From Chrysochromulina tobinii (Eukaryota): a stretch of 33,759 nt of DNA. Location: assembly GCA_001275005.1 (NCBI GenBank), contig JWZX01003293.1, positions 1 through 33,759 on the forward strand. Direction: 5' to 3'. A model generated the notes under the pieces. The model was not told the DNA's origin and did not search any database. It saw only the letters and a list, made by a program, of their open reading frames with translations. Numbering within the stretch: position 1 is the first letter of the stretch; each line of letters begins with the position of its first letter. Positions 1 to 10,547 of this stretch are shown here, piece after piece. A program made the position numbers and the translations under genes.

Positions 1-166
1 CAAAATGCGTTCGAATGCAACCGATTTGTAGAATGCAGCGTGTCTGAGTGCATGCAAAATACAATGAAATGCATATGAATGCACACACATGCATATGAAT
101 GCACATGAATGCGTATGTTAAAAAACAACACCACTTTCGTTAAAAAACAACACTCATCCCGTGTGC
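1..166. repeat. AT-rich block of ATGCA/GAATGCA repeats and a duplicated TTAAAAAACAACAC; possibly the end of a DNA transposon or MITE
   Basis: ATGCA recurs many times in 1-112, including ATGCATATGAATGCAC twice. TTAAAAAACAACAC occurs at 118-131 and 141-154. Composition differs sharply from the rest of the window. The other end is not visible. Confidence 0.5.
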
Positions 167-265
167 ACTTGTTGTACGAGTATAAGTGACTTGCTGTTCA
201 CGGCACCCGCACCGGCAGCTGCGTGGGCCTTTAAGCGGTGGATGCCACCTGGACCTGCGAGAGCG

Positions 266-332
266 TCATGGTAGTTCATGGTAGTTCATGGTAGTTCATG
301 GTAGTTCATGGTAGTTCATGGTAGTTCATGGT
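266..332. repeat. 10-bp tandem repeat (TCATGGTAGT) x ~6.5
   Basis: Directly visible. It overlaps the provisional stop codon of the MFS gene. Confidence 0.95.
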
Positions 333-1869
333 GCGGTGCAGGTGCCATGGCAGGGCGAGTGTTGCAAGCAGGCCGAGCTCAAGGAAGCCATGCACGAGAA
401 TGTATCTCTGGACGGTGGCATCCACAGTGTCGGCGCTGGTAATGAAGCTGTTGAGCATCCCCACAGGCACATCGCCAGCGAGCGCGAGCACTAGGTTGCC
501 GTAGCCGAGCAGCCTTCCAACGTACTGCGCAGGGTAGCGTTTGGGTAGCGAGAGGAGATGGAAGTAGCATGCCCATTGGGTGGTACGCGTCGGGCCGAAG
601 AGCAAAGCGGAGGCCAGCTGGGCGGCGGCGTTGGGGATCAGGTTGTACAACCCGAAGATGAGGGCGAGTACGATCACGAGGAGCATGTACAGGTCTTCAC
701 GGGCGCCGAGCCGCTCGAGCATGAGTGAGGCAAGCACCTGAAGAGAGAAGGTCATCAGTGGCACTCAGTGGAACCCAGAGGCAAGCACCTGAAGAGGGAG
801 GCTGGGAGGGTCATCAGTGGCACTCGGTGGAACCCAGAGGCAAGCAGAGGTGCTCGAGCACCGAGGTGAGAAAGCCTCCGAGTGGAAAGGCAAGGTTGAA
901 CGTGGTGGCGAGCGCCTGGGCCAACGAGCTCGGGAACAGGAGGGCGGCCTCCTCGGCAAACGTGGTGATGTACAGCGAGGACTTGAGGTTCATCACCGAC
1001 ATGAAGCCTAGCAGCAGCACAGTATCTGCTCGAAAAAAGTAGCTCGCGAACGTGGGCGTGGGCGGCACGCCCCGACCGGCTGACGGCGGCGGCGAGCCCG
1101 TGTTGTCGGTCGAATCGTCCACAGCCCCGATGAGGGCGCGTGTGTCGCCTTGGTCATCCGACGCGCCCTCACCGCGCCCTCGCAACTGATGCACCTCGGC
1201 CAGCGACGGGATCACTCGCAAGGTGAGCAGCCCGAGCGGTACTGTGAGCCCTAGCCAGCTGAACGCGATCACGTCGAGGCCTAGTACGGGCCGCTCGTGC
1301 GCGTTGGCGGTCGCAAAGTACACGCCGTTGAAGATCATGAATACCAGTGCCGATGCGTCCCACATCGAGGCTGCGACGGCCGAGATGACGCCGTGAAGCT
1401 CCGGGTATTTCTCACCGAGCATGAGGCATCCCATGAAGACGCCCGGACCCGAGGCTCCGATGGCGAACGTGGCCAAGTACCAGCACGCATCCGAGCCCAC
1501 TCGTGCGCCAACGCCGAGCAGCACCATCCCGAGCCAGGCGAGCGACGCGCCGACGCCGTAGCACATGCGTGGGCCAAGCCGGTCGGAGATCTCGCCGAAA
1601 ACGAGCATCGAGCCGTCAGCAACGAAGAGCGCAATGCTGCTCATGAATGTATACTGCAGCTGCTGATCCTCGCAGCACTTATCGCCCCTCCGCAGCACAC
1701 AGCTCACGGATACAACGTCGGCGCTGCACGACGACGCCTCGAGCGCGCGCTCAAAGTAGAGCACCGGATACAGAGAGGCGATGCCAAAGATTACGCCGCC
1801 CATGCAAAATATTGAAGCAGCCGCGAGGCCGACGGCGCACCAGGCTTCACGGTTCGCGGGCGTCAACAT
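306..1869 (-). CDS. MFS transporter, SLC43 (LAT3/LAT4)/FMP42-like, ~479 aa; exons 1869-862 and 737-306
   Basis: ATG at 1869. Many hydrophobic helices. N-terminal GGVIFGIASLYPVL followed by a Cys-rich loop, and MFS motif A-like GEISDRLGPR. A phase-0 GT-AG intron (861-738) joins ...FLTS to VLASLMLERLG.... The extreme 3' end is uncertain because the stop lies in a tandem repeat. Confidence 0.8.
738..861 (-). other. Spliceosomal intron (124 nt, GT-AG) with an internally duplicated acceptor
   Basis: Donor TCG|GTGCTC and acceptor CTCTTCAG|GTGCTT restore the reading frame. A second identical CTCTTCAG|GTGCTTGCCTC lies inside, with the junction at 789/788. Confidence 0.8.
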
Positions 1870-2418
1870 GGATATCAATTGAGCAGCCTCTGTGCCTCGA
1901 AAGCGAGAAAGGGGCCTGTGGCCTTACTTCGCAAAAAAACCGCCGAAACTGTGAACAGTGTTTGCATGCATCGGCCTTAGCCTGTCGGGGACCAGGGCGG
2001 TTATAGTAAACGAGTTACGACAATGACGCTCGGCTACAACGGCATCGCCAATTATAATTAACTTCGAGCGGTCGCGTCGATCATCTGAGTAACTCTATCG
2101 CGAGTATCGGATTTATGACTGTCTCCTAAAAAAAGTCATGGTGTCCCGGACTCACACACATATGATGGTTCGCTCCTTGCCAGAGAGCGACAATGAAAAC
2201 GGTCCCCGCGGGACCCTCGGACGCTTTCGTCTCTCCCTACATCGATGCGGTTACTACAGACCCCGCTGGTACCCCGGGTATCCTCTGGGATGGGCGAGCT
2301 CTTAAATGGTAGAGCAACGGCTAGCTCGCCACGTCGCCGCTGCCCGAGGCGGCGTGCATGCGAACTGGATGGGGCAGCCTCAATGGAGAGAATCGCGTGC
2401 CCGCAGCGGCGCTTGTGC

Positions 2419-5400
2419 TCACGGCCAGTGCTTGCGGTTGTCGTGGTTGGTGATCGCCGTGACGCGGGGCGTGGACGAGCCAAACGAGGGAGTGCTCCTG
2501 CCGCTGCTGCCACTACAATGCGAGCGGCCCGACGAGGTGAACTTGGCAAACGCTGCCTTGATCGACTGCCCGTGCACGCCGCCGCTGCTGCCCGTGCCAC
2601 GCCCCTCCGCGGTCAACATCGCCGCCTTAAGGATCGCCTCCCTCTGACGCACATTCGCTTGCGCACGGGCGACGGCGGCCCGCGCCGCGCCACGCGAGGT
2701 GGGCGAGCTCACGCCGGCCTTGTCTTGGAAGTAGGACGAGGCCGAGCTGTGGAACGCGCCGTGCTGGACACCCACGCACTTGGCGCCGTGTTGGGCGCAG
2801 GACGAGGCTACGAAACTGCTCGGGGTGACGAAACCGCTCACGGAGCGTGCGAAGGAGGGCGGGCTGCGCACGACCATGCCATTGTGCTTCATCTCCAGAT
2901 CGAGATCCAGTCGAGGTAGCGCGAGGAGCTCCGCCGTCTCCTCCCTGGCGAGCTTGAGCTGACGCAGAGAGTCCATGTACGACCTCGAGGCGCGAGCGAG
3001 AGGGCCCGAGGGCGGCGGCGGCGGCGGCGGCGCGGGTGGTGGCGGCGGCGGGGGGGGCGGCATGTAGAGACGCGGAGGCGGCTCCGGGACTGCCGGCTCC
3101 GGTGCGGGGGGCTGGGGCGGCGGTGGTAGCGGCGGCGGCGGCGGCGGCGGCGCCTCCGCGGCATCCAAAGCAGCAGCCGCTCTGTCCAACTCCGCGAGTA
3201 GATCCTCATCAAGCTCGAGCTCGTTGATATCTCCCAGCGGCTCGTCGGCGGGGATCGAGGAGAGCTCGCGTAGCTTCTGGGTCGCGAAGAGGCGCGAGAA
3301 CTCGTGCTCGCCTGAGGAGGAGCATAATGAGAGGGTAAACAGTTGAACACAGTGGGTCGCGAAGAGGCGCGAGAACGTGCTCGCCAGAGGAGGAGCGTAA
3401 TCAGAGGGAAATCATCCGTGGCAGGCCGTGTCGCTCTCACTGAGGGAATTCGAGCCATCTGTATCAAGGCTCATTAAAGAACGCTTCGAACGGGTCGATG
3501 ATGCCGTCATCCAGGCCGGAGGTCGGCTGTGGCTCCGGCAGCCCCAGCAGCTTTCGAATCGACTTGTCTGCCCGACACGCGGCGAGAAGCTCCTCGAGGG
3601 TCAACTCGCCGTCGCCGTCACGATCGATCCTGCGAAAGGCCTTGGCCGCGAGCGCCTGCTGCCTTTGCGTGAAGGACGCCACTGCGGCTAGATGCTCTCC
3701 GGAGACGATGTCAAGCGAGAGCAGATCAGGAGCCTGCGGCGGCGCACGCTCGACTGGCGGCGCCTCGGCTGGTGGTAGCTCGGCCGCCTCACGCTGGTGC
3801 ACCGCATGCATCAAGCCGGCTTGCATGGCGGCCGAGGGGCTCGCGGGTGTGCACCAAGTCAGGGGCTTCCGCATGCCCCCGTCGTCAAACGGGTCGATAG
3901 TCCGCGGAGTGGCGGTGGCGGCGGTAACAATGGCCGAGAATCCCAAAGGGGCGGCTCTGGTCGCCGCCGCCGCCTTCGCCCAGCGCGACCCTACCGACGA
4001 GCTCACCGAAGGCGCGCTGGCAGCAGAGGCAGAGGGCGAGTGCGCACAGTAGCTCGCGGCGGGCGGCGGCGGACCCGCGGGCTGCATGCCCAGCAACGAG
4101 CTGAGCGTGGCATGCATTTCGTCACACGCGATGCGACGCGCGCGTAACGCATCCAGCAGCTGCTCGCGCTCTTCGAGTAAGGCTTCGACAGACGTGGACT
4201 TGGGCTCTGCGGACTTGGGCTCTGCGGACTTGGGCTCTGCGGACTTGGGCTCTGCGGACTCCAGGCTGAGCGCGAGCCCCTGGGCGCTGTCCGAGCGCGA
4301 ACCGCCTCCGAGATTCCATCCGAGATTCCATCGGCCCTGCGACTCGGCGCGGCCGGCTTCCATCCGAGATTCCATCCGAGATTCCATCCGAGACTCGGCG
4401 CGGCCGGCTTCGGGTGGGGCGCCGCCGCCCGCCGCCCCGCTGCTGCTGCTGCTGCTGCTGCTGCTGCCCTCCGCCCCACTCACCGTAGCCGTCATCGGCC
4501 GCGTCGGAGGCGATGGTGGCCTCGGTGGCGAACGGCCTGAGGCTGCCGCCGGCACAGAGGGATCGAAGACGGAGGCTGTTCGCGGAAGCGAGGGTGCTCT
4601 TATGGCGGCGCTCTCGAGGCGAGTCAGCCGGGCGCGTTCGGTCGCCCGGAAGAGGGACGCATCGACACTTCGGCGCGCGGCGTCGTTGCGAATGGTGAGG
4701 CCGAGCTTGCAGAGCCCCGTCGCGCCGGCGCCATCGAGCGCCGCCGCGAGCGCCTCCTCTACCCGTTTGGACGTGGGCATCTTCTGCCCGTCGAGCCGGA
4801 GCTCGCGCAGCACCGTGTTGGTGCGTAGCCCCTCGACGAGCTCGAGTAGCCCTGCCTCGCGGAAGTCGTTCTGCTCGAGGCTGAGCACCTCGAGCCGGCC
4901 GGTGGGCGCCTCGAGCACGCCACGCAGCGCCGGCGCCACCGCATCCGTCAGGTTGAGGCCGCTCAGGTTGAGCTTCGTCACGTGCGGGCTGCCCTGGAGC
5001 AGCGCGAGCGCGGCGGCCTGGCGCTCGAGGGGCCAGCGCCCGATCTCCGGGTCGTGAGATAGCTCGAGCGATGTGAGGCTTGGGTCGAGCGCGGCCACGC
5101 GGAGGAAGAGCTGCTTGCCTGGCGACACATCACTCAGCGCCGCCGTCGCCGCCTCAAATGCATCGAGGAGGTCCGGAGAGAGCATAGCCGCCGCCGGCGA
5201 CATCATCGGCGCCATCGGCACCTGGCCGTCCGAGCTAGGTGCCGCTCGAGCGCCGTCTCGAGCGCTCGCGCATGCCGCGGCGAACGGGGCGTCGTCGTGG
5301 GCGCACGTCGGAGGTCCGATCAGTGCTGGCATGCCGGCGCTGCCGCTACTGCTGCTGCCATTGTTGCGGACGACCGCCTCGCGCAGCGCCTCGCGCAGCG

Positions 5401-6196
5401 CCTCGCATTGTACCTGCGAGTCGGCAAGCGCTCGCTCCGCGCGCTCCGCTTGGCTCTGCCACTGATGGCACCTGTGCCGCAAGTCGTCCTGGACGGCACT
5501 CGCCGTCTGCAGCTCGTGCACGCGCTGTCGTTCGCTCCGCGCAAGCTCCTCGGCCACCTGGACGCGCTGACGCTCGCCATCCGCGAGGCGCTTCTGAGCG
5601 TCCGCCAGCGCCGTCTCCACTTGCGCCTGCGCCACCCCGTTCGCATTCGCATGGAACCCATCCTTCCAGCCGGCGGCCATGGCGTCATCGAGCTGGTGAC
5701 GCTGCTGCGCAAACATCGCCTGCTGCTGCATCTGGAGGTTTTCCAGCCCGTGCTGAGCCTTCTCCTGCTCCTGCAGTGCGAGGCGTTTGGCGGTCTCGGC
5801 GGCCTCCGCGCGTGAATGCATTCCGGAGATCTCGGTTGCGTGTTCCTCCTCCGCCACCTTCATCACGCTCTCGAGCTCGGAGAGCTTATCCTTCATGCCG
5901 GCTAGCCGCGTCTGCAGGCGCAGGATCTTGGAGTCCTTCTCCGCGAGGGCGGCTCGCAGGTCGCTCGAGGAGGCCTCCTCGGTGCTGGCTGTCTCGATCT
6001 TCCGCGTGTCATGGTGGTATACGTAGCCACCGCCCACGCGCACGCGCACCGGCGGGCGCGACGGCGGTCCGAGAGGCGGCGGTGAGACTTTGCCAGTAGG
6101 CGGCGAGGTGCCCGAAGGCGTAAGGACAGTCAAAGGCCGGGGGGTCTCACTCATCATGCCTGCCAAAGGCCGGGGCGCGGCGGGCGAGTCCGCCAT
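2419..6196 (-). CDS. Coiled-coil + tropomodulin/leiomodin-type LRR domain + EF-hand pair + polyproline protein, ~1215 aa if the 1-nt frameshift near 3475 is corrected; exons 6196-3441 and 3311-2419
   Basis: The LRR segment (DPSLTSLELS...LEVLSLEQNDFREAGLLELVEGLRTNTVLRELRLDGQK...LCKLGL) resembles the tropomodulin C-terminal domain. EF-hand loop 1 is DRDGDGELTLEE. EF-hand loop 2 (DTDGSNSLSEHE) is assembled across the frameshift and intron 3440-3312. Poly-Pro tracts lie in exon 2. The start codon choice (6196) is provisional. Confidence 0.7.
3312..3440 (-). other. Spliceosomal intron (129 nt, GT-AG, phase 1)
   Basis: Donor CTCA|GTGAGA and acceptor CTCCTCCTCAG|GC. Splicing completes a canonical EF-hand loop. 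Confidence 0.8.
4196..4260. repeat. 15-bp tandem repeat (GGACTTGGGCTCTGC) x4, encoding (SAEPK)n
   Basis: Directly visible, in frame within the minus-strand CDS. Confidence 0.95.
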
Positions 6197-6428
6197 GACG
6201 TATTTGCACAGTGACGGTGAGAAAAGGTTCCACTGCCACGCGGAATCTGGCGATCTCACGGGACCCGTCATCATGGCCAATCGTAACGAACGCGTTCCGC
6301 GATCCGCCGCCAGACGCATGCACACGCTTCGAGCCGCGCAACTGGCGCTCAACCTTGTCGGCCTGTATAGAGAAAACACGGCCCCTGCTTCGCCTCTACA
6401 TCCCCTTTTTTGGAATCAACGTTGCGCA

Positions 6429-7650
6429 ATGGAGACGGCCTTCCTCACGCCGGCACCGCCGCACGCGACCGCGGAGATCCGCGCAGCGGCTGCGGCTCGT
6501 GCACAGGCGACCGCACCGCACGCCGCCGCACCGCCATCGAGCGCGCGCGCTCAAGCGGCGCCGAGATGTACGCACGCCGCTCTCATTGAACGACCGAATA
6601 TTGTTGCATTGGAACGTACCGGCCTTGCCCACGCCGGCAGCGCCGCACGCGACCACCGAAACTCGCGCAGCAGCTGCGGCTTGTGATTCGGCGACCGCGT
6701 CGCGCGCTGCTGCTCCGCCACCAAACGCGCACGCTCGTGCAGCGCCGAGACGTATGCCCACCGACTCAGCTGACGAGTCAGCTGATGAAGAAACAACAAC
6801 GGCTGATCAAGGCAATGCCGGTGAACATATTCCCAGAGGCGCCAAGGACGCTCAAACCAAGGGCGCTGAAGCGGGAGCAGCCGCTGCTGCCTTGTCAGAC
6901 GAAGATATTGAAGCGGTCATTGACCCGAAAGGGATCCTCGGGCCCACAGATGGGCGCTACAATGAAGCCCTACTTCGCCGCGCTGGGTCACCTACGCGCG
7001 CGGATCCTGGATGGGCGGAACGCCCGCCTCCAGATGGCTATCAACGCGTTGCTGGGGCGGTCATCTTGTGCAAGCGCCGACGCGCTGGCGATGCAAGTCA
7101 CGAGACCCCGCCACCCGCTGACTACGATCAAGATGCTGACGATGACTCGAGCTGGGCTCAAGCTGTCCTCGAAATGGAGGCCGAGCTCGAGGAGTATGAA
7201 GAGCATATAGAGAGGCCACCGTGTCTGGAGGCCGAGCTTGAGGCCACCATGTCTCACAGACAAGGACGATTTCATATGCGTCGGCAACACGCGAACAGAA
7301 GGTCTCACAACTATGACTATGGAGATCCCTTTGCGAGACAGGCAGCGGCGCACATCCTCGAGGACGGCGACGGCTCAGAATCGGATGACCAAGATTTTGA
7401 TGACGAACGCGTACAATACGCTCCGCGCCCATCACAGGGTCGCAAGAGCCTCCCGGTTCGGTTCATCACGAAGCCCTTCCTCGTTCACATGCCTTCCTTC
7501 TGTGGCGGAGCGCTTCTCAAAGCGTTAGGCCTCGAATCAAGGATTCCATGCTCACGGCCGGTCTCCGGATGCGCGACAGTGCCCAGCTACAGCTTTACTG
7601 AGTTCTCGACGTATAGGAAGAGGGCGCGCGTTTGCGGTATCGCTCGCTGA
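6429..7650 (+). CDS. Hypothetical low-complexity/acidic protein; start and exon structure uncertain
   Basis: One frame is open from 6211 to 7650 with acidic stretches (first ATG at 6754). An ATG at 6429 in a different frame encodes a similar Ala/Pro repeat. No recognisable domain. Confidence 0.35.
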
Positions 7651-7810
7651 GGGCTGGGCGCCTGGCGCGCTGCCCGGCGGCGGCCGGCGCGCGCGGTGTC
7701 TCGGTGGGTGCACGGCATTCCCGGTTTGGTTACAACATAAAATCCCTGTGATGTGGTGCTTCCTCGAGAAAGTTCCACCAACTAGAAACGCGCGCGACGT
7801 CGGCTCAAGC

Positions 7811-8398
7811 TTAACAATCAGAGTCCTTGGCGTTGCCGGCGGCGGCGGCAGCACCACCTCCTCCTTCGATGCGCCTCTTGCTGAATTGTCCTGCCCACGT
7901 CGACTGCCATCGCTCGGCGATTCCGTCGCACAAGCCATCGAGGTGCGTTCGGGAGCCATCCGCGCATGACTGGAGCCACTCGCCTTGGCTTTTGAGCCAC
8001 GAGTCGAGTGGGCCGAGAGCGGAGCGTGCGGTTGAGGTCACGTCGCTCGCCGAGCGCACTCCCAGCGCATATGCTGCGGCCACGGCAAGCGCCGCGCTCC
8101 CGAAGGCCGCCGCTGTGCCCCAGCCGAGCGCTCGCACGGCCACACGCGTGGCCATGGCCTCGGCGGCCGGCGATGGCTTCTCCACAGCGTGATCGAGCGC
8201 CTCATGCGCCACTGAGCCGTCAAAGGAGCGGTAGCCTATGAGCATGCCGGAACCGAGCGCAAGCGTGCTAATAGCGCCCCAGCCGACCATGAAGGCAATG
8301 GGCACGCCAGGGTGGATGTCCGGCGCCGGCTCGTCCAGCTCGCGTAGAATGTCGGCCCATGTTGTTTGTGGCGCGGGAGGGTTTGATGCTGTTGACAT
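7811..8398 (-). CDS. TMEM242/DUF1358-like small membrane protein (195 aa)
   Basis: Two hydrophobic segments. The motif AVRALGWGT...AYALGVRS resembles the TMEM242 motif ALRALGWGS...KALGVHS as I recall it. Confidence 0.65.
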   Translation of the reverse strand: MSTASNPPAPQTTWADILRELDEPAPDIHPGVPIAFMVGWGAISTLALGSGMLIGYRSFDGSVAHEALDHAVEKPSPAAEAMATRVAVRALGWGTAAAFGSAALAVAAAYALGVRSASDVTSTARSALGPLDSWLKSQGEWLQSCADGSRTHLDGLCDGIAERWQSTWAGQFSKRRIEGGGGAAAAAGNAKDSDC

Positions 8399-8999
8399 CG
8401 CGCCTCTCGACCCTCTCCGCGTCACGAGCCCGCGCTGTGAACGTTAACACGACAGACGCGACATTCGACGCAGCCGATAAAGACAAAACGGGGCGCGAAC
8501 AAATTCATCAACTTCTAAACGTCTCCAAGCGTTGTGTGAACGACATGGAGCTCTACTTACGCCGGTCCGTTGTCTGTAGTGTCGATTTTGGAAGCCGAGT
8601 GTGTGAGCGAAGGCGCGCCGATATCACGATATCATGCAACTTGGGGCGCCGCGATTTTGTATGCGTCCGTCGCCACAGATCTGTGAATATCTGTGAAACG
8701 CCTTCGGCCGCCTTACTGGCGGGGTGGAACATGCGGGTAGGTCCGCAAGTTCTCGGTTTTGTGAGCCGTCTGAGGGCGACCAGGGGACAGGGGACGAGTC
8801 AGAGATAGCTCGACCTCGAGAGGCGGAGCGGCCGAGACAAAGTATAAGCCGTGCACGCATGAGTCGCACGTAGATCGTAGAATCGCTACCACACTACGTT
8901 CACTAACTAAGTGAAATGTACAGGGCGCCGGCGGCCGGGGAGCGGTGTTACGAGTATAGGGCGCCCGCGATCAGCACTTTCTTGAACTTTCCCAGAGAG

Positions 9000-9707
9000 T
9001 CAGACAACCCGCTCAAGGACAAACGTGGTGCCTTTGTTGCCCGTCGAGACCCGCACCTGCTCGCCTAGATAGCTAGTGTCGAGGAAGCCCTCGGCCTCTT
9101 TGCCCAAGAGACGGAAGGGGACTGGGTACGGCACGCGGAGTCCACTCCCAGTGAGCTCGAAGTAGCCCTCATCGAAAGCAAATTTGATGCGCTGAGGCCG
9201 TGCTCGGTCGACGGAGGCTGCTGCGTTGAGATGCAGCTCGCCGAGCGGTGTGCGAACGAGCTGCTCGACGCGGCCGGTCGGCTCCAGCGGGCGGTAGATG
9301 CTCTGCGAGACAGAGAAGGCGGCCGTGACTGCTCGCTGGATTGGGGACGACGAGGCGGTTGTCACGGACTTGCCTCCTGTGAGTGCTGCAATGAACCCCT
9401 CGATTCCTGGGCTGCTGCCATCAAGCCGGCGCCCCAGCGGATTCCTTGGATCAAAACCACTGCTCGTGATGTGCACCAGCTTCCACTCGCCTTCTATGCG
9501 GGGCGACAGCGCCGGCGCCGCCTCGCCACCGCCGGCGGCCACCAGTTTCGCCACGGCAGCCTCGATGTCTCTCGCCGGAGCACTGGCAGCAGCGAGGCGG
9601 AGCACATCCACTTCCAAGTCGGTTGCTGCTGTCATATGAACGCGCGTTTGCGGGCGCACGGTGGGCGCGACGATCGCCAGGAGCGAGGTTGCTAGGAAGA
9701 GCGCCAT
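9000..9707 (-). CDS. Plastid lipid-associated protein (PAP/fibrillin) with signal peptide + transit-like presequence
   Basis: Hydrophobic N-terminus, EGEWKLVH motif, and the family-typical C-terminus FLDTSYLGEQVRVSTGNKGTTFVLER. Confidence 0.9.
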   Translation of the reverse strand: MALFLATSLLAIVAPTVRPQTRVHMTAATDLEVDVLRLAAASAPARDIEAAVAKLVAAGGGEAAPALSPRIEGEWKLVHITSSGFDPRNPLGRRLDGSSPGIEGFIAALTGGKSVTTASSSPIQRAVTAAFSVSQSIYRPLEPTGRVEQLVRTPLGELHLNAAASVDRARPQRIKFAFDEGYFELTGSGLRVPYPVPFRLLGKEAEGFLDTSYLGEQVRVSTGNKGTTFVLERVV

Positions 9708-9769
9708 GCGTCCTCAAAAAAGCCCAACACAGCGCTTTTTGTCAAAATAAACCCGTCCGAGCACTCGCC

Positions 9770-10500
9770 TCAATCAAGCGGCATCTCGTCCACGCCCGTC
9801 TCGGACGTGGTCTCGAAAAGATGGTCCTCTCGCCCGAGAACAGCGAGATCAGCACCTGCGAGCATCATCTCGACGAGATCCTCCGTGGCGAGCGTGCCGG
9901 GCTTCATCAGGGCACGCGCATCCCACAAGGGCCGCGCCGCGCCACTCGACACGAAGCGCTCCTGCGCCCTCGGCGACCGGTGGGCCGCGTGGCTCGCGGG
10001 GCTCGAGGGGACCGTCACTGCCAAAGGGCGAGCGCCTCGCGCCACCTCCGACAGGTGAGCCGAGAAAGGCAAGGTGACTCTCTCGGCCCCGAGGTTGCGC
10101 ACGCTCCGCTCCACGTAATAGGCCGCGCCCTCGGCGCCCCCGTCCATCACGTCGTCTGCACCGTACGTCGGCGCCGTGCCGGGCGAAGTTGGACTGAGTG
10201 AGAAGGCGCCGCCCTGGGCACTTTGGGCGCCGCCCTGGGCACTTTGCTTGCGATCGAGAGCGCGCACCTCGCCTGGCGTCAGGACGCGCGTGCGCCGTGC
10301 GCGCGGGGGCGTGATCGGCTCGTCCTTGGCCTTGGCCTTGAGCGTCTCGCGCTCCTGCAGCCACATCTCGTGCGGCTGGTCAGCTTGCCAATCCGGGCTG
10401 TGAACCTGGCGCCAGGCGCGTGTAGCGAACGTGGCGTCGACGTGTGGCGAGGGGGGCGCCTTCTTTGGCGCCGGAGTATTCGTGCCCATCGAGCGCATCC

Positions 10501-10547
<47 letters not shown>

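Noticed and set aside
1990..2310. AT-richer intergenic segment with small hairpins (also 31580-32000) as an ncRNA gene
   Set aside because: I could not recognise any tRNA, snRNA or snoRNA motifs. An Rfam search would be needed.
7545..7650. SGC...YRKRARVC as a fragment of an SBP zinc-finger domain
   Set aside because: Too few conserved Cys/His residues, and the ORF stops immediately after.
10501..10546. (GGC)n tracts (also near 3010-3150 and 33680-33740)
   Set aside because: Ordinary polyproline-coding microsatellites.
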